Source: Epithemia pelagica (taxonomy: Eukaryota > Protista > Bacillariophyta). From it: 64,000 nt of DNA. Of this stretch, positions 9,673 through 21,969 are shown piece after piece (the stretch's first letter is position 1; each line of letters starts with the position of its first letter). The position numbers and the translations under genes are program-made. Location of the stretch: assembly GCA_946965045.2 (NCBI GenBank), contig OX337234.1, positions 496,001-560,000 of the forward strand, read 5' to 3'. The notes below the pieces were generated by a model. It had not been told where the DNA came from. It made no database searches and saw only the letters and a list, made by a program, of their open reading frames with translations.

Positions 9673-11448
9673 TCACCGAGAAGACGCCGTGTCGGTGCCT
9701 TGCGGACCACCACCATGGTGTTGGTGCTGTTGCCGATGCTGCTGCTCCTGAATGCTCTTGAGAAACTCGGGAAGATGATGCTCCTTCATTCGAACAAGCT
9801 GGTACTGAACCTTGATACCACCCAAGCTCTGTTCCACCATGGATGTGGCTCTCGCAACAAGACTTTCCATGCTGGAGCACTCTTCTTCTGGTGCCTGTAG
9901 AGGCCATAGGTTAGTCGAATACCCTAGAGTAGGGGGAGGAGGAGGAGGCAGTGAACCCTGTGGAGGAGGAGGAGGAGGATAGTTGTTAACTGTAGTTGGA
10001 GTCTGAGGTGGTGGCATAGGCGAAGGATAATTTATAGGTGCTGGAGCAGTGGGCCGATGTGGGACAGGGACCGGTGCTGGAGGAGCAACATGCTGCTGCA
10101 GCGGGAAATTGGGCCCTGGAAATGGATGACATGAACTGTCTTGTTGATGCTGCAACGGAGGATGATAGGTTCCATGCGACTGCTGTGGCGGAGGGGGCTG
10201 TTGTTGTGGTGGTGGAGGTGGTGGTGGTGCCTGTGATGTATTAGGCTTTTTGACTTTGACTGGAGGCCAACCAAACTGTGGAAAGAACCATGTTTCGTTG
10301 CTCCCTGCTGCATCCGTAGGCATACTTGTGGGGTGCTTCTCACTCGTTTGGTTTTGAGTTGAATCTTGTGGACCTTGGTGCTTCGGTTGCAGCAGTTCAA
10401 TGGACGTGGTAGGTCTTTGACTTGTGCGGCTTTCTTCGAGTACATCCCTTTCGTTCTCTTCAAACGAACGTCTTCTCTTCCTTTCAACAGCAAGGGGAGG
10501 ATACTGCTCATAGCGTTTCTTTCGCCTCTCTTTCTTTTCTTCTTGCTTTTTCAAGTAGCGGCGGCGACGGAGACGGCGTCTCTGTTCCGAACGTTCTTTC
10601 CTCCAAAGCTTTATTTCCCGCGCATATCGCTCTTGGTCTCGTTTGGCCCGATGGACATAGGATGCTCGATCTTCTTTGGTCATTTCCTGCCATTCGCCTC
10701 CAATCAATTTCCCAATCGTAGAAAAGGTTAGTGGAGATTCCTTGTCCCGGCCACGACATACCAGTTGCTTGCGCTTCCATTGAAAAAAGTAGTTGTAGGC
10801 CGAAAGAGGCCGTTTGGGACGCGCCGACTCGTGATCATCGTCATCGTCTTCATCGGTGCTACTACTGTCGTGGTCCGAAATTTCCGAAATCTCGCTTTCT
10901 CGATCCGCAGCACTTTGAGAGTGCTTCTTCTTGGCTTTCATGCCACAAGAAGGACGTTTTGAAGCCCTGCGTTTGGAGTCGGAGCGACGTTTCGACTTGG
11001 TGTCGCTCGTCGGTGCCGCTCCTCCTCCTCTTCTGGTGGTTCCGACAGCTTTCGCAACAAAGGACACTGATTCTTCGGCTGCTGTTGATTCCGTGACTTC
11101 TTCTTCATCATCTTCGTCGGTGTAGCTGCTGCTGTCACTTTTTTCTCCAATGGCTGGAGAGGAGACAGCCGTAATGCTTGTGGCGCTGTAATCATACTCT
11201 TCCGGGTCCTCCCTATCTCCCTCCGTTTGAGTCGCATGCTGCAAGTCGTCTCGTGTCGTCGGTGTGGTATCTTGTTCTTCTTCTACGTCAAACGAGTTTG
11301 GTAGGAATGAGACTGCTAGCTGTAAAAAGTTCTCCTCTTCCTCCAGGTTCCGATGGTGGTGGTGGTGGTCGTCATGCGTATAGGTGTCCCCCGCATGCAC
11401 CTCGGCATCCGTTGGACGTGTTGCATCCATGAAAGAAGATATCCGCAT
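9673..11448 (-). CDS. HMG-box protein with acidic N-terminus and Pro/Gln-rich C-terminus
   Basis: RPKRPLSAYNYFF...FSTIGKLIGGEWQEMTKEDRASYVHRAKRDQERYAREIKLW is a canonical HMG box; single 591-aa ORF. Confidence 0.9.
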   Translation of the reverse strand: MRISSFMDATRPTDAEVHAGDTYTHDDHHHHHRNLEEEENFLQLAVSFLPNSFDVEEEQDTTPTTRDDLQHATQTEGDREDPEEYDYSATSITAVSSPAIGEKSDSSSYTDEDDEEEVTESTAAEESVSFVAKAVGTTRRGGGAAPTSDTKSKRRSDSKRRASKRPSCGMKAKKKHSQSAADRESEISEISDHDSSSTDEDDDDDHESARPKRPLSAYNYFFQWKRKQLVCRGRDKESPLTFSTIGKLIGGEWQEMTKEDRASYVHRAKRDQERYAREIKLWRKERSEQRRRLRRRRYLKKQEEKKERRKKRYEQYPPLAVERKRRRSFEENERDVLEESRTSQRPTTSIELLQPKHQGPQDSTQNQTSEKHPTSMPTDAAGSNETWFFPQFGWPPVKVKKPNTSQAPPPPPPPQQQPPPPQQSHGTYHPPLQHQQDSSCHPFPGPNFPLQQHVAPPAPVPVPHRPTAPAPINYPSPMPPPQTPTTVNNYPPPPPPQGSLPPPPPPTLGYSTNLWPLQAPEEECSSMESLVARATSMVEQSLGGIKVQYQLVRMKEHHLPEFLKSIQEQQHRQQHQHHGGGPQGTDTASSR

Positions 11449-11830
11449 TCGCTATGAATGAATGATTCGCTCCGTCCTTCTTTTATGATTCCTCTTTTTT
11501 TCTTTTGGTCGGTTAGGCGACAAGGACAAAGGAAACACAGTGACCCATAGGAGTCATCAACCGAGAAACCTTTTCTTCTTGTAGAGTGCTGCGCGTGTTC
11601 CCTCTACTAGGAGTTAGGAGTAGCTAGGAGCAGTCTTGTTCTCTTGGTGTTGTGTACTCCTAAGAAAAAAATTACACCTCTAACTAATAATAGAATTTTA
11701 CAAAAGGTTGGATCAAACCCGTACGCCAACGAGCGTCCAACGGTCGAGAGGAGTGTAGTATTAGTATAGATAGAGGACGTAAGTAGACTAGAGACTCTAG
11801 GTACCTCGGTAGCGGTATGCTTAATGCTTA

Positions 11831-12674
11831 GGGCCTGTGTCCAGGGAATGTGTTTTTGAGTTCTGAAATCGAGTTCCGAGTTTCGAGGTTGAGCCAATAG
11901 GTTATGGTCCCCTTGAAAACTCGAAAACACAACCTCGAATCCCCCAAATCTTGGCAATCCCCCAACGACCTTGCCAAGATTCTGAAATCGAGTTTCGAGT
12001 TTCGAGGTTTGCAAAGAGCACCACGCGCTCCTACAAAACCCACCTTTTCAGCCGGGCTCTCTGTCTCTCGTTTCGATTTCTCGCAGACGGGAGGTACCCC
12101 CGCAATCGGAGGGAAAATCACATCTATTGCACCATCCGTTGAAATTTTCAGGCTCGCGTTCTATATGCACAATGTGTACCACCTAACGGATTGGTGGTTA
12201 ATTCTCCGAATCAATTATAGATTATTTCCGAATTATGTTTGAATGTATAACATCATAAGCATTTCTAATTGAACAATCTTGAGAAGCTCATTCGAAAGAG
12301 CTCGTCAGGCGCTTTCCAAATCACTGCGGTTCGTGAAAATCGGACTTACCCTTCCCATCGACGATTGAAAATTCGTCAGTGTTCGTGCGAAAGATAAGGA
12401 TTTTTTGTCATGGCTTCTCCCCCCACCCTCTCCACCACGATGGCAATGCTCCGTGGTGGAGGGAGTGGGGCTCTGTTGGAGGGAGAGGCACGCGATTTTT
12501 GGGTAGGGCGCGCTCATTCTACAGGTAAATCGTGCGTTTTCTGCACCAATACGATGGTGCAATAGATGTGATTTTTACGGTAGTTGTTTCAAGGTAGGGA
12601 CAGAGCCCCACCTCAAAACTCGAAAGTCGATTTCAGACCTCGAAAACACCCATACCTACCCTGGACACAGGGCC
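11831..12674. mobile_element. PIF/Harbinger-like MITE, 844 bp
   Basis: 16-bp TIR G(G/G)(G/C)CCTGTGTCCAGGG-type ends (11831-11846 and 12659-12674, 1 mismatch) extending into ~60 bp of imperfect inverted similarity (TCTGAAATCGA..CGAGTTT); flanks TTA and TCA; internal repeat of the subterminal motif near 11981-12009. Confidence 0.7.
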
Positions 12675-14324
12675 TCAAGCCTTTTGGGTGACAACAGCGA
12701 ATACGAGACGACGAAGGAGAAGGAGGTGGTAGTGGTAGTGGTAGTGGTAGTGGTAGAGAAAGAGGCCTATCTAGAGGAGTAGTATTGAATATTGAATATT
12801 CTATTTTCTATTGCAAATTGCAACTCTCCTACAAGTACAAGAGCACGAGCATGATGGGCCTATGAAATGACACGAGTATGGACCAAACGAAGGGGCTCAG
12901 CTCGGATACCTTTGATATAATATTGTTCATTCAACAAGATCATGATGGAAACGACACACTAGTCCCACCGCGACTGGATGTGTTCGCAGGTCGCATTCCA
13001 GGGATTGGTCTTCTCTTCCATCTCCGCCTACCGACGAAGGTACCTACCTAGGTAGACTTCCGGCTTCCGAGTCGAGTAGCTGCCACCTTGACCGAAAGAA
13101 ACGGGGGTCTTCTGTACTGTTGTGTCTGTGCACGAGTGTGTGGATGAGATATGAGATCCCAAAAGCTACTACGTGTATAATGTGTGTAGAGCCATGGGAC
13201 AATCGCCCTCCTCCTCCTCCACATTCCACATGCATGGGTGTCGTGGTCGTGGTGAACAATTAGCTGCGCCAGCACCGAAAGAAACGGGTGGTGTGGTCTG
13301 GGGGTCTTGCTGTTGTTGTTGTTTCTCGAGTAGTGTTTCTCGACACAAACGTGTGGGTGTCTGTGTCGAACGCTCGACGCCTCTCCCTCACCTACGTGTC
13401 AATTCACGTGATAGCCCGTGTAAAAACATTTTGGTCCAAATTAGTACGGGCTATCGCGGTGCCAAATTGTCAGGTAGACCAGATATTTGCCTGAATCCAG
13501 AAATCCAGAAAATCCTGAATAACTCGACCGGGTGTTGATCTTTTTCAAAACAAAGATTATCAGCAGATAGAGCTCATCGAGCTCTGTCGATTCCGCTGCT
13601 TAAAGTTGGAAAAGGGCAACATGGTCGTGACTCAGGAATTATGGCGTGACTCATGCGCCAAACCGTCAGGTTGCCTCTAGCTATGAAAGCTAGCTCTCCG
13701 AGTGGTCGGAGCATTCGGAAGCACTGACTGTCTGTCTGTGGTCCGCCGGAAACCGCCGAGGTGCGACTGCTGTATGTGATGACGGATTTTCCAGCTGCCA
13801 ACACTGTCATTCGACGCTCCAGCGAGTGTCGGTGTGAATGGTATGATGCAAATTGTTGTCTGTCAGTATTTTTGACGATGGGTAGTAAGGAACGGGGATG
13901 TCAGCGATGCTGCGAGTCTTCTGTATGTAGTACTGTACACGTGTCTGTGTCACAGCTTGCCCTCGTGTTGCACAACACCAAAAAGTGAGACAAGGCGCAA
14001 ACCTCAAAAACGTGGTGAGAAAAACAAAACCAGCGATTGGCCATTCCAATAGTCAAACTACAACTACAACAACAACAACAACAACAACAACAACAGCAAG
14101 ACAATCTTCTTCTTACGACTGCATCAGAGAAAGTGTTCCTGGTAGAGGAGCGACAACGAGTCACTCGTTGAAAACGAGTCACTCGTTGAAATCGATACAG
14201 AGCGAAACAAAGCATTACATCGATTCTCGCAATTCTCTTCTTTTCACTGTGCCAAACCCAACCTACCACAACCACAATCGATACAGTCATTGTCCCCACA
14301 CTGTTTTGTGATTTGTGCTCGAAT

Positions 14325-17308
14325 ATGAATGGGAGTGAAACCAACTTGTCGTCGTCATCGTCGACATGGCCGCAACGCATTGCAGCCGCCTTGAGTGGTA
14401 CCTTGCAGCATCGCCACGAGGACGAGCATGGCAATCTACAACAGTACTACAGCAACCCCAACGAGAATAATAATCATCTCGTCTCACTCTTGCACGACGA
14501 AATGGATACCAATGGCGATGGAACGGTCAGTTTGCACGAATTGTGGTCCTGGACGCAACGGACCTTGGCCACGGGCCACAACGACGAACATGAGAATGAA
14601 TTGTTGTCCACCACGTATTCCTTGTCCACCTGGCTGATCAAAACACTTCATGTATTGTGGCATTCCTGTACCTCGTGGAGTCGTTCCAATGTCTTGCTGT
14701 GGTTGGCCGCGCTGTGGGTCGTGTCCATTATTCCCGGTCGCTTGCATGGATGGTCCGGCAAGGTGTTGAAATGGCCCATTTTGGTGCTCACCTATGCCAT
14801 GATTACCCTGGAATTGCTCGTCTACATTGGCATTCGACTCGCCATTCGCGTCGCCGAAGCGACGGTCGCCACTCCCAAACATCGACAGTTGCGGCGGGCC
14901 ATGGCCCAAGCGCAATCCTATGCCGAATGGTACCAATTGGCGACCGCCTTGGATCGATCCCAAAATCGACACGTGTGGTTGCAGCAGCAACACGAACCAC
15001 AACCCGAACAACCACCCAAACACCACAACATCCACAAACACCACAGAAGCAACGAAACCACCACCACCAGCTCCTTGGCTGGCACGTCGTCTGACAAGGA
15101 TCCAACCACCACCACCCGAACGACGACGGACTCGTCGTCGTCGTCGTCCCACAATTACAATTGGCGTTTGGTGCAAGAATTGCAAAAGGAATTGCAAGAG
15201 GCGCGACACCATCACGCGTCCCTGTCGTCCACGCATCAATTGCACACGACCTTGGCCGTCTTGCAACAATGTACCCGCGGCCCCAATGTCGGCGGTATCA
15301 TGAGCAGTGACTTGTTTTCCTATTCCAATACCGGACAACCCAAACAAGCCGTGTCCGACTTTTTGCATCACGTCATTGAAACCTTGCACTTTGTCACCAA
15401 TCAAACCCTACATCTCCAACAACAGCAACAACATGAACAACAAGAGCAACAACAAGCCAACCATGGAGGATCCATTTCCGATGATTGGTCTCTGGAAGAG
15501 GCACCATCGGTACCACATTCCGCTTCGTCGTCCTCCTCTTCCTCTTCGGCCTCTTCCTCCTTTTCCAATGTCATTGATTCTCATCCTTTTGCCACGGCTT
15601 CCGAACCACAACCCGAGATGGGGTTGTCCGACGAACCCAAAGATGCACAGCATCACAACCAACACACCAACAATCCCCATGCCTTGGTCTTGTCCGTCTT
15701 GAAACGGGCTCGAGCCTCGTACGGTCGGACCGCCCTGTGTTTGAGTGGCGGCGCGACCATGGGCCTCTATCATTTTGGCGTCTTGTTGGGATTGGCTCAT
15801 CAAGGACTGTTGCCGCGCATTATATCCGGCACGAGTGCCGGCAGTGTCGTGGCGGCCATTGTCTGTACCCGGACCAATGCCGAATTAAATGACGTCTTGC
15901 AACCCTATTTGGTGGCCTCGCACATGACGTGCTTTGATCGACCCTGGATGCAACGACTCCGGAGTCTCTATGAAAATGGATTCATGTTTGATCCGGCCGT
16001 GTGGGCCGAAAAAATCAAATGGTACGTGGACCAAATCTGTGCGTGTGCGTGTGCGCCCTCTCGTTCTCTTGGATTCTCATGGTTCGCATTTTCAACCAAC
16101 AACCTTTTGTGGAATGAAACCAACCAACCAAACAAACAAACAAACATACTGCAGGTTTACCAATGGCGACATGACCTTTGAAGAAGCCTATCGACGAACG
16201 GGTCGTATCTTTTGCATTACCCTGTCCAGTACCTGCCAAAAGGCGCCGCCCGTGCTCATTAATTACTTGTCGGCCCCCCATGTCACCATTGCCAGTGCCG
16301 TCTTGGCGTCCAGTGCCGTGCCGGGCTTTATTCCACCCGTCCGACTCCAATACAAGGATTCCAAGGGCGTGATTCGAAACTATGGACAACACGATCAAAC
16401 CTATTACGATGGTACGTGTGTCGTTCAGTTCAGTCCGTCAGCTGTTTTATTCTTGTGCTTGTCGAAATGTGGGATGGACACTTACCAGAAAGCAACTGTT
16501 TGTCGTGTTCTTCTTCTTCTTCGTTTTTGTGTTTTGTTCCATTCTACTACGATCATCTATAGGTTCCATTCGACAGGACATTCCCACCAGTGGCTTGGCG
16601 GAAACCTTGAATTGTCACTTTTTTATTGCCTCGCAATGCAATCCACACATTGTTCCCTTTTTCTTCAATCCCAAGGGCGGTGTGGGTCGTCCCAGTCGAT
16701 GGTCCAGTGGAGAACAAGAACATTCCTGGCGCGGTGGCTTTTTGTTGGCCGCCTTGGAAATGTATCTCAAGGTACGTATTACAGTGTGTCTACAAACAAA
16801 AAGACTGGAGCGCGCGGATTCCCAGAAAGCAACTCACAGGTACCATTGTTTGTTTGTTTCATGTCGTGACTATAATAGAATGATATGAAATCCAAGTGTG
16901 TCTTTCTCAAAGACTTGGAAGCTGCGGTGGGTTTCACGTCTACCATGATGACACAGGAATTTGAGGGATCGACCACCATTGTGCCACAAGTGTCCATCAA
17001 AGACTACTACATGGTACGTATAGTATGTTTTGTGTTCTTGACGTCATATGTTGGAACATGATCTCATGTTGGTTCCTTCTTGCGTAATTGTTTCTACCTA
17101 TATTACCTAGTTATTTTCGGATCCCTGTCCCCACGATGCCAAACGCTACTTCCAGGCTGGGAAAGTGGCTGCCTACGAACACATGGAATTGATCAAGTTG
17201 CATTTTAGCATTTCCGATGCCTTGGAAGATTGCATTGCCAAACTCGAAGGAAGACCCACCACCATTGGCGGTGGTGAGTCGTCCCAACGGGACGGAATTG
17301 GGCCTCCC

Positions 17309-17345
<37 letters not shown>

Positions 17346-18004
17346 CCAAGCCACCTTCTTCCATTCGTCGTCGTCGCGAAGAACGATGTGCCTCCTTTGT
17401 CAGCCGAGCGAGTAGTAGTAGTAGTAGCAGTCCTAGTTGTGATTCCGTCTTGGAACCAGGCCGTCGGTCGGAGGAGGCTCGTACCTGCGACACTTCCACA
17501 ACGTCTTCGGCTCGTGGAGGAGGAGGAGTTTTGGATATTCCGTCCGAAAAAGAACCAGAGAACGAATCCTCCGTGTCGGAGGAGGCACCCGCAACAACAT
17601 CCCGTCGAATCGTGGTGGATGAGGACAAGCCACACAAGTGTCCGGCCGACAAGGCACAATTGGAACAAATGGTGACCCAAGCCATTCAACAACAATCCCG
17701 TGGCTCCAAGAATAATAACAACAACAATGCGGGAGCCATTGCGTTTCGAGCCATTCGACGGGAGGAACCACAACGACGATGCTCGAAGGAGAAGGACGAT
17801 GTGGAATGGGCCAGTCGTCCATCGCCCTCGTCTCCACTGAGTGTGGCCGTGGGTTTTGAACAATGGGTGACCGAAGCCATTCAGGTCAAGAAAGGACGGG
17901 GTGATAATACCCTTGCCTTTGAAACCTTGGCGGTAGATGACGACGATGATTTTGTGCCCATTACACCCATTGTATCATCGTATGGAAAGATACCGTCGTC
18001 GTAA
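14325..18004 (+). CDS. Patatin-domain triacylglycerol lipase (SDP1/TGL4-like), 5 exons
   Basis: DUF3336-like AQSYAEWYQLATALD, GRTALCLSGGATMG, IISGTSAGS (GxSxG), DG motif. GT-AG introns 16022-16154, 16412-16562, 16772-16878 and 17014-17110 splice to one frame (..IKW|FTNGDMTFEEAY..YYDG|SIRQDIP..YLK|NDMKS..YYM|LFSDP..). Confidence 0.9.
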
Positions 18005-18281
18005 ACGGACTACCTACTCGATGGGAAAGGCACGGCATGTGGAATCCTTCTTGCACAAAACAAACTTGTACATTCCCTCTAGCGACCACGCTAAGATAGG
18101 GCTGTTGGAGAGAGTCGAGCCGATCACTTGTTGTATATAGCTACCGAGACACGTGTTCCTTGGTTCTTCAAACGGTTGTTCCTTCGAGAAACCTACGCGC
18201 AACCTACGCGCATGTACTCTGGCAAAATGGGAAACACCACCACCACCGGTTGGAGAAAAATACAACTGGATGGGGGGTCTA

Positions 18282-18721
18282 TAGTATCGAAACTAGAATG
18301 AAACTGAGTGCACTACTAAAATAGAAAACTAAAGAATGTGATTGGTTGCGTGTGCGCGGTACGTGGATACACGCATTATATATACGGATGGAGCGAGGAA
18401 CGAGAGTGCTCGACAGGACGGCCGAACAACAACGAGGAACCCTAAGTACGAAGTGTTGCATCCACGAATCCGAGAACCTCTTCTTGTCGTATCTATAGGT
18501 CATGTGTAGTATCGAAACTAGAATGAAACTGAGTGCACTGCTACTGATATGTAAACTAAAGAGTTGTATGATGTGATGGATCGAGTGTGTGTGCAGTACT
18601 CGGATACACGCCGTAGAGTCGTCCCATTCCATGTAGATACGGATGGAACGAGTGGTTGACAGGACAGTTGAACAGCGAGGGAACCCAACGTGTTCCATCC
18701 ACGAATCCAGCGACCTCTTTT
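18282..18721 (+). repeat. Imperfect tandem duplication, ~225-bp period, in the lipase/sppA 3' intergenic region
   Basis: TAGTATCGAAACTAGAATGAAACTGAGTGCACT at 18282 and 18507, followed by degenerate similarity. Confidence 0.75.
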
Positions 18722-21432
18722 TAGGCCCACCGACGCGAGTCCAAGGACTGTGGCAAGGAGGAGGATGGACGGTGTGCTTGTTGTTGCGACAACAAGGCTT
18801 GGAGGGCCGACGTTTCGTCCACGGTCAGGAAAATGCCCGACCAAGCCGTCCTTGTGGATGGCACGGAGTTCTTTTTTTGGTTCAACAGGGGTTGCATCCA
18901 CCACAACAAGGACAAGGGAGATGCGGCAGCTGTGGGAGTTCCCCCCAATCCGTCCCACCAAAATTCCTGGTCCGTACTGCTGGCTTCGTCGTCCCCCCAC
19001 ATCCAACGACTGGCCAGGGCCAAGAGTGTCTCGGGACTATTCTTCTTTGGGGGGCCCGAAAACCAGCTCGACCAATCACCACCACTACTTTCTTCGTTCG
19101 AATTGTGATTCACGCTCCTCACCGCCGCCGAGGGCGCTGTCGACGCGGTCCAGGGCGTGACTTCAATCGCGTCCGGGTCGTCGTCGGAACAATACGTGCG
19201 CTTGGCATAGGCCACGGCACGTTCGTAGCCACCGACTTCATCGAGCAATCCAACTTCCTTGGCTTGTCGACCGGTCCACACCTTGCCTTGGGCCACGTGA
19301 TGGACCGTTTCCGGGGACAATCGCCGTCCGTGTTGGACGACGTGTTGAAAGACATCGTAATAGCGATCGACGGATCCAGCCATGTTTTGTTGCATGCGGG
19401 CCGTCCATGGCGCAAACGCACTGTAGGACGGCGCCAAGGATCCCGACGACACGTGTTCGACGCGAATCCCTTGTTGCTGCGCCCATTGCGTGAAATCGGC
19501 CCGCACACCAAAGACGCCAATACTCCCCGTCAAGGTCTTGTGCAAGCCAAAAATGCGATGGGCATGGGCGGCAATGTAATAGCCGCCACTGGCGGCGACA
19601 TGACCCAAGGATACCACCACGGGCAGGGGCAGGGCTTGCAATTCTTGCGATACTTGTTCGCAGGCAAAAATGGAACCGCCCGGACTGACAATCCTCAAGA
19701 CCAAACACTGAATGGTGGGATCCTTGTTGCTATTGTTGTTGGCCAATTGTTGCTGTTGTTGCTGTTGTTGAACGTAATGATGAAGGGCTCGCACCTTGGC
19801 CACAATGGATTGGGCCTTGGCATCGTCAATGGTACCAATCACATTCAGGGACACGATGCGTTCCCGCGGTGCCGGTTTGGCACCCATCAACAAGGAGGGT
19901 GGCGGCAGTCCGACCGTTTGGGTAATCCAGTGATGGTACCAGGCGGCCCACTGCTGGCGTTTCCGCTTCCACAGTTGCAGCGACTGTTGCTGGTCGTGAT
20001 AGTCAGCCACGGAAATGGCGTGCGTGGCCGTACCAAAATGATCAAAATCCGTCTCGTGGGGATCCCACTGCGATTGAATGGCGGTGGCCTGGTCGAGGCG
20101 ACCTTGCGCCGTGGCGCGATTGACGGCCAACAAATCGTGCAAGGGATGCCGCCGCGTGACACAATCGACCAATCCCGCCTTCCAGGCCGTATGGGCTGGA
20201 AAGGTGCCCGATTCGTGAATCCGATGCCACAAGTGCAACCATTTGGCATTGGTCCAATCAGCCGACGTGGCCACGGTGGATGACTGCTTGGTTTTGGACT
20301 TGTGGTGGTTGGAGTGATTGGTGGCCGCCAGGGTACTGTGCGGTTGCAATCCCGTCGTGGGTGTCGGTGCAACGGCGGGAGCTTCGGATTCGGTGGTCCG
20401 CGGCACGGCCTTGCCGCCACTGCCCTTGCTGGCCAACCAGGCCGTCAAGAGTGCCTTGCTCCGGGCCTGGGTAATTTCCAAACACAAATTGGCATCGAGT
20501 TCGGAAATGAGCGTCGTGACAGCTTCCTTGTGCGGTTTGGTCCAAGTCGATTCCGACACGACATTGGGAGCCGTCTTGTAGGCGCCCTGCTTGACGACAT
20601 GACAGTAAACGCCATACTTTTGCAAGAGGGGTCGAATAAAGACGGTGGGTTGCCACACACCGAGCAATTCCAATTCGCCATGGGATTGCAAATGAATCCG
20701 GTCAAAGACACTGGCCAAATAATACGTGGGATTGCCCGAATGCGCGGCACTGCCCAAATGCGGCGCAAAGCAATACAAGGGCTTTTTGGGAACCCGGGGG
20801 ACCATGGTGGGATGGTGGGTGGTGGTTCCACTTGCACCACTGCTGTTAGAGTTTGGCTCGTAGTGTCGCCGATGCGATTGGCGAAAGACGGTCAAGGCAT
20901 TGCGAATTTCTTCCCAATCGGACCAGCCCAAATTATTGCCCGACGATTTGGTGGGATGTCCCATGCCATTGCCAAAAGTGCCAAACAAGCTGACAATCTG
21001 TGCATCTTGCGCGGCGGTGTGAATCAAGTGCACCAATTCCACCACCGACAGGGTACACGCTTCGGGGGAAGACGAACCCAGCCATGAATTCGATTCCGAG
21101 TCATTGCCCCGTTTCCAATGTTGCAACCATCGTCGAAAGGCTTGCCGTTGTCGAGTACTGGCACTCGGTGCTTGTTGCGTCAATTCCAATTGATCAAAGG
21201 CAATCGACAAGCACTTCTTTTTGGTTTCGTTGGATGATTGCGTTTCGTGGTCGTGGAGGCGTTGCAATTGGCGCACTTCGTTCGCCAGGTACGCAATGCC
21301 GGCCACCGAGGCCACAACGGCCGATGCCCGAAACGTTTTTGGCACTCGAGACCAGATACTACTAGTACTACTACTACTACTCGAAGCAGCAGGAGGAGAG
21401 GGAGTGGCGGAGGAAGGGGATGGAGATGCCAT
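18721..21432 (-). CDS. sppA: Signal peptide peptidase A / protease IV (S49 family, long two-domain form)
   Basis: YYLASVFDRIHLQ..GELELLG, VVVSLGHVAASGGYYIA..IF...TLTGSIGVFG, VAQGKVWTGRQAKEVGLLDEVGG. Confidence 0.9.
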   Translation of the reverse strand: MASPSPSSATPSPPAASSSSSSTSSIWSRVPKTFRASAVVASVAGIAYLANEVRQLQRLHDHETQSSNETKKKCLSIAFDQLELTQQAPSASTRQRQAFRRWLQHWKRGNDSESNSWLGSSSPEACTLSVVELVHLIHTAAQDAQIVSLFGTFGNGMGHPTKSSGNNLGWSDWEEIRNALTVFRQSHRRHYEPNSNSSGASGTTTHHPTMVPRVPKKPLYCFAPHLGSAAHSGNPTYYLASVFDRIHLQSHGELELLGVWQPTVFIRPLLQKYGVYCHVVKQGAYKTAPNVVSESTWTKPHKEAVTTLISELDANLCLEITQARSKALLTAWLASKGSGGKAVPRTTESEAPAVAPTPTTGLQPHSTLAATNHSNHHKSKTKQSSTVATSADWTNAKWLHLWHRIHESGTFPAHTAWKAGLVDCVTRRHPLHDLLAVNRATAQGRLDQATAIQSQWDPHETDFDHFGTATHAISVADYHDQQQSLQLWKRKRQQWAAWYHHWITQTVGLPPPSLLMGAKPAPRERIVSLNVIGTIDDAKAQSIVAKVRALHHYVQQQQQQQQLANNNSNKDPTIQCLVLRIVSPGGSIFACEQVSQELQALPLPVVVSLGHVAASGGYYIAAHAHRIFGLHKTLTGSIGVFGVRADFTQWAQQQGIRVEHVSSGSLAPSYSAFAPWTARMQQNMAGSVDRYYDVFQHVVQHGRRLSPETVHHVAQGKVWTGRQAKEVGLLDEVGGYERAVAYAKRTYCSDDDPDAIEVTPWTASTAPSAAVRSVNHNSNEESSGGDWSSWFSGPPKKNSPETLLALASRWMWGDDEASSTDQEFWWDGLGGTPTAAASPLSLLWWMQPLLNQKKNSVPSTRTAWSGIFLTVDETSALQALLSQQQAHRPSSSLPQSLDSRRWA

Positions 21433-21969
21433 GGTGGTAGTTGTGGTCCCACTCTAGAGAAGATTGCCAGAGAACAAACGAACGCGAGATTCAATCTCGA
21501 AGCAAAGAGGTAACGAATCCAAACAACCACAATCAGAACAAGAACAACCACAAGGGTCTCGATCTCTCGAATACGTGGGAAATGCGGAAGAAGGAAGATT
21601 TGGAATGCGAGAAATGAGACAAACGTGTGATGTGTGTGGAATGAGAAAAAAGTTCCACCAACCGCCCACTGTCGGGCGCGCGCGCGAATCCGCGCGGGAA
21701 ACCAGCGCGACGGACGATCCACCGCGGGAAACATGGGATGCCCGCGCCAGACACTCAAACGCGCCGGCGTGACACACGAGCGTTCCGTCGTTGCCACAAT
21801 TTCTCAAACGCAAACTACCTACTTTGTTTCTATAGTTCATTTCTGTGTGAAAAGACATAAAGATTGATATACGATATGTCCCCATTGTACAAGCCGCAAC
21901 TCAAAAGCTGGACCCACTGAGGCTTATCTTCCGGTGAGGCTTAACTAACGCTATTTACGGTAATTCACC

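Noticed and set aside
14484-15404. 306-aa minus-strand ORF
   Set aside because: Antisense shadow of lipase exon 1
18643-21087. Long plus-strand ORFs 18643-20283 and 20302-21087
   Set aside because: Antisense shadows of sppA with no recognisable motifs
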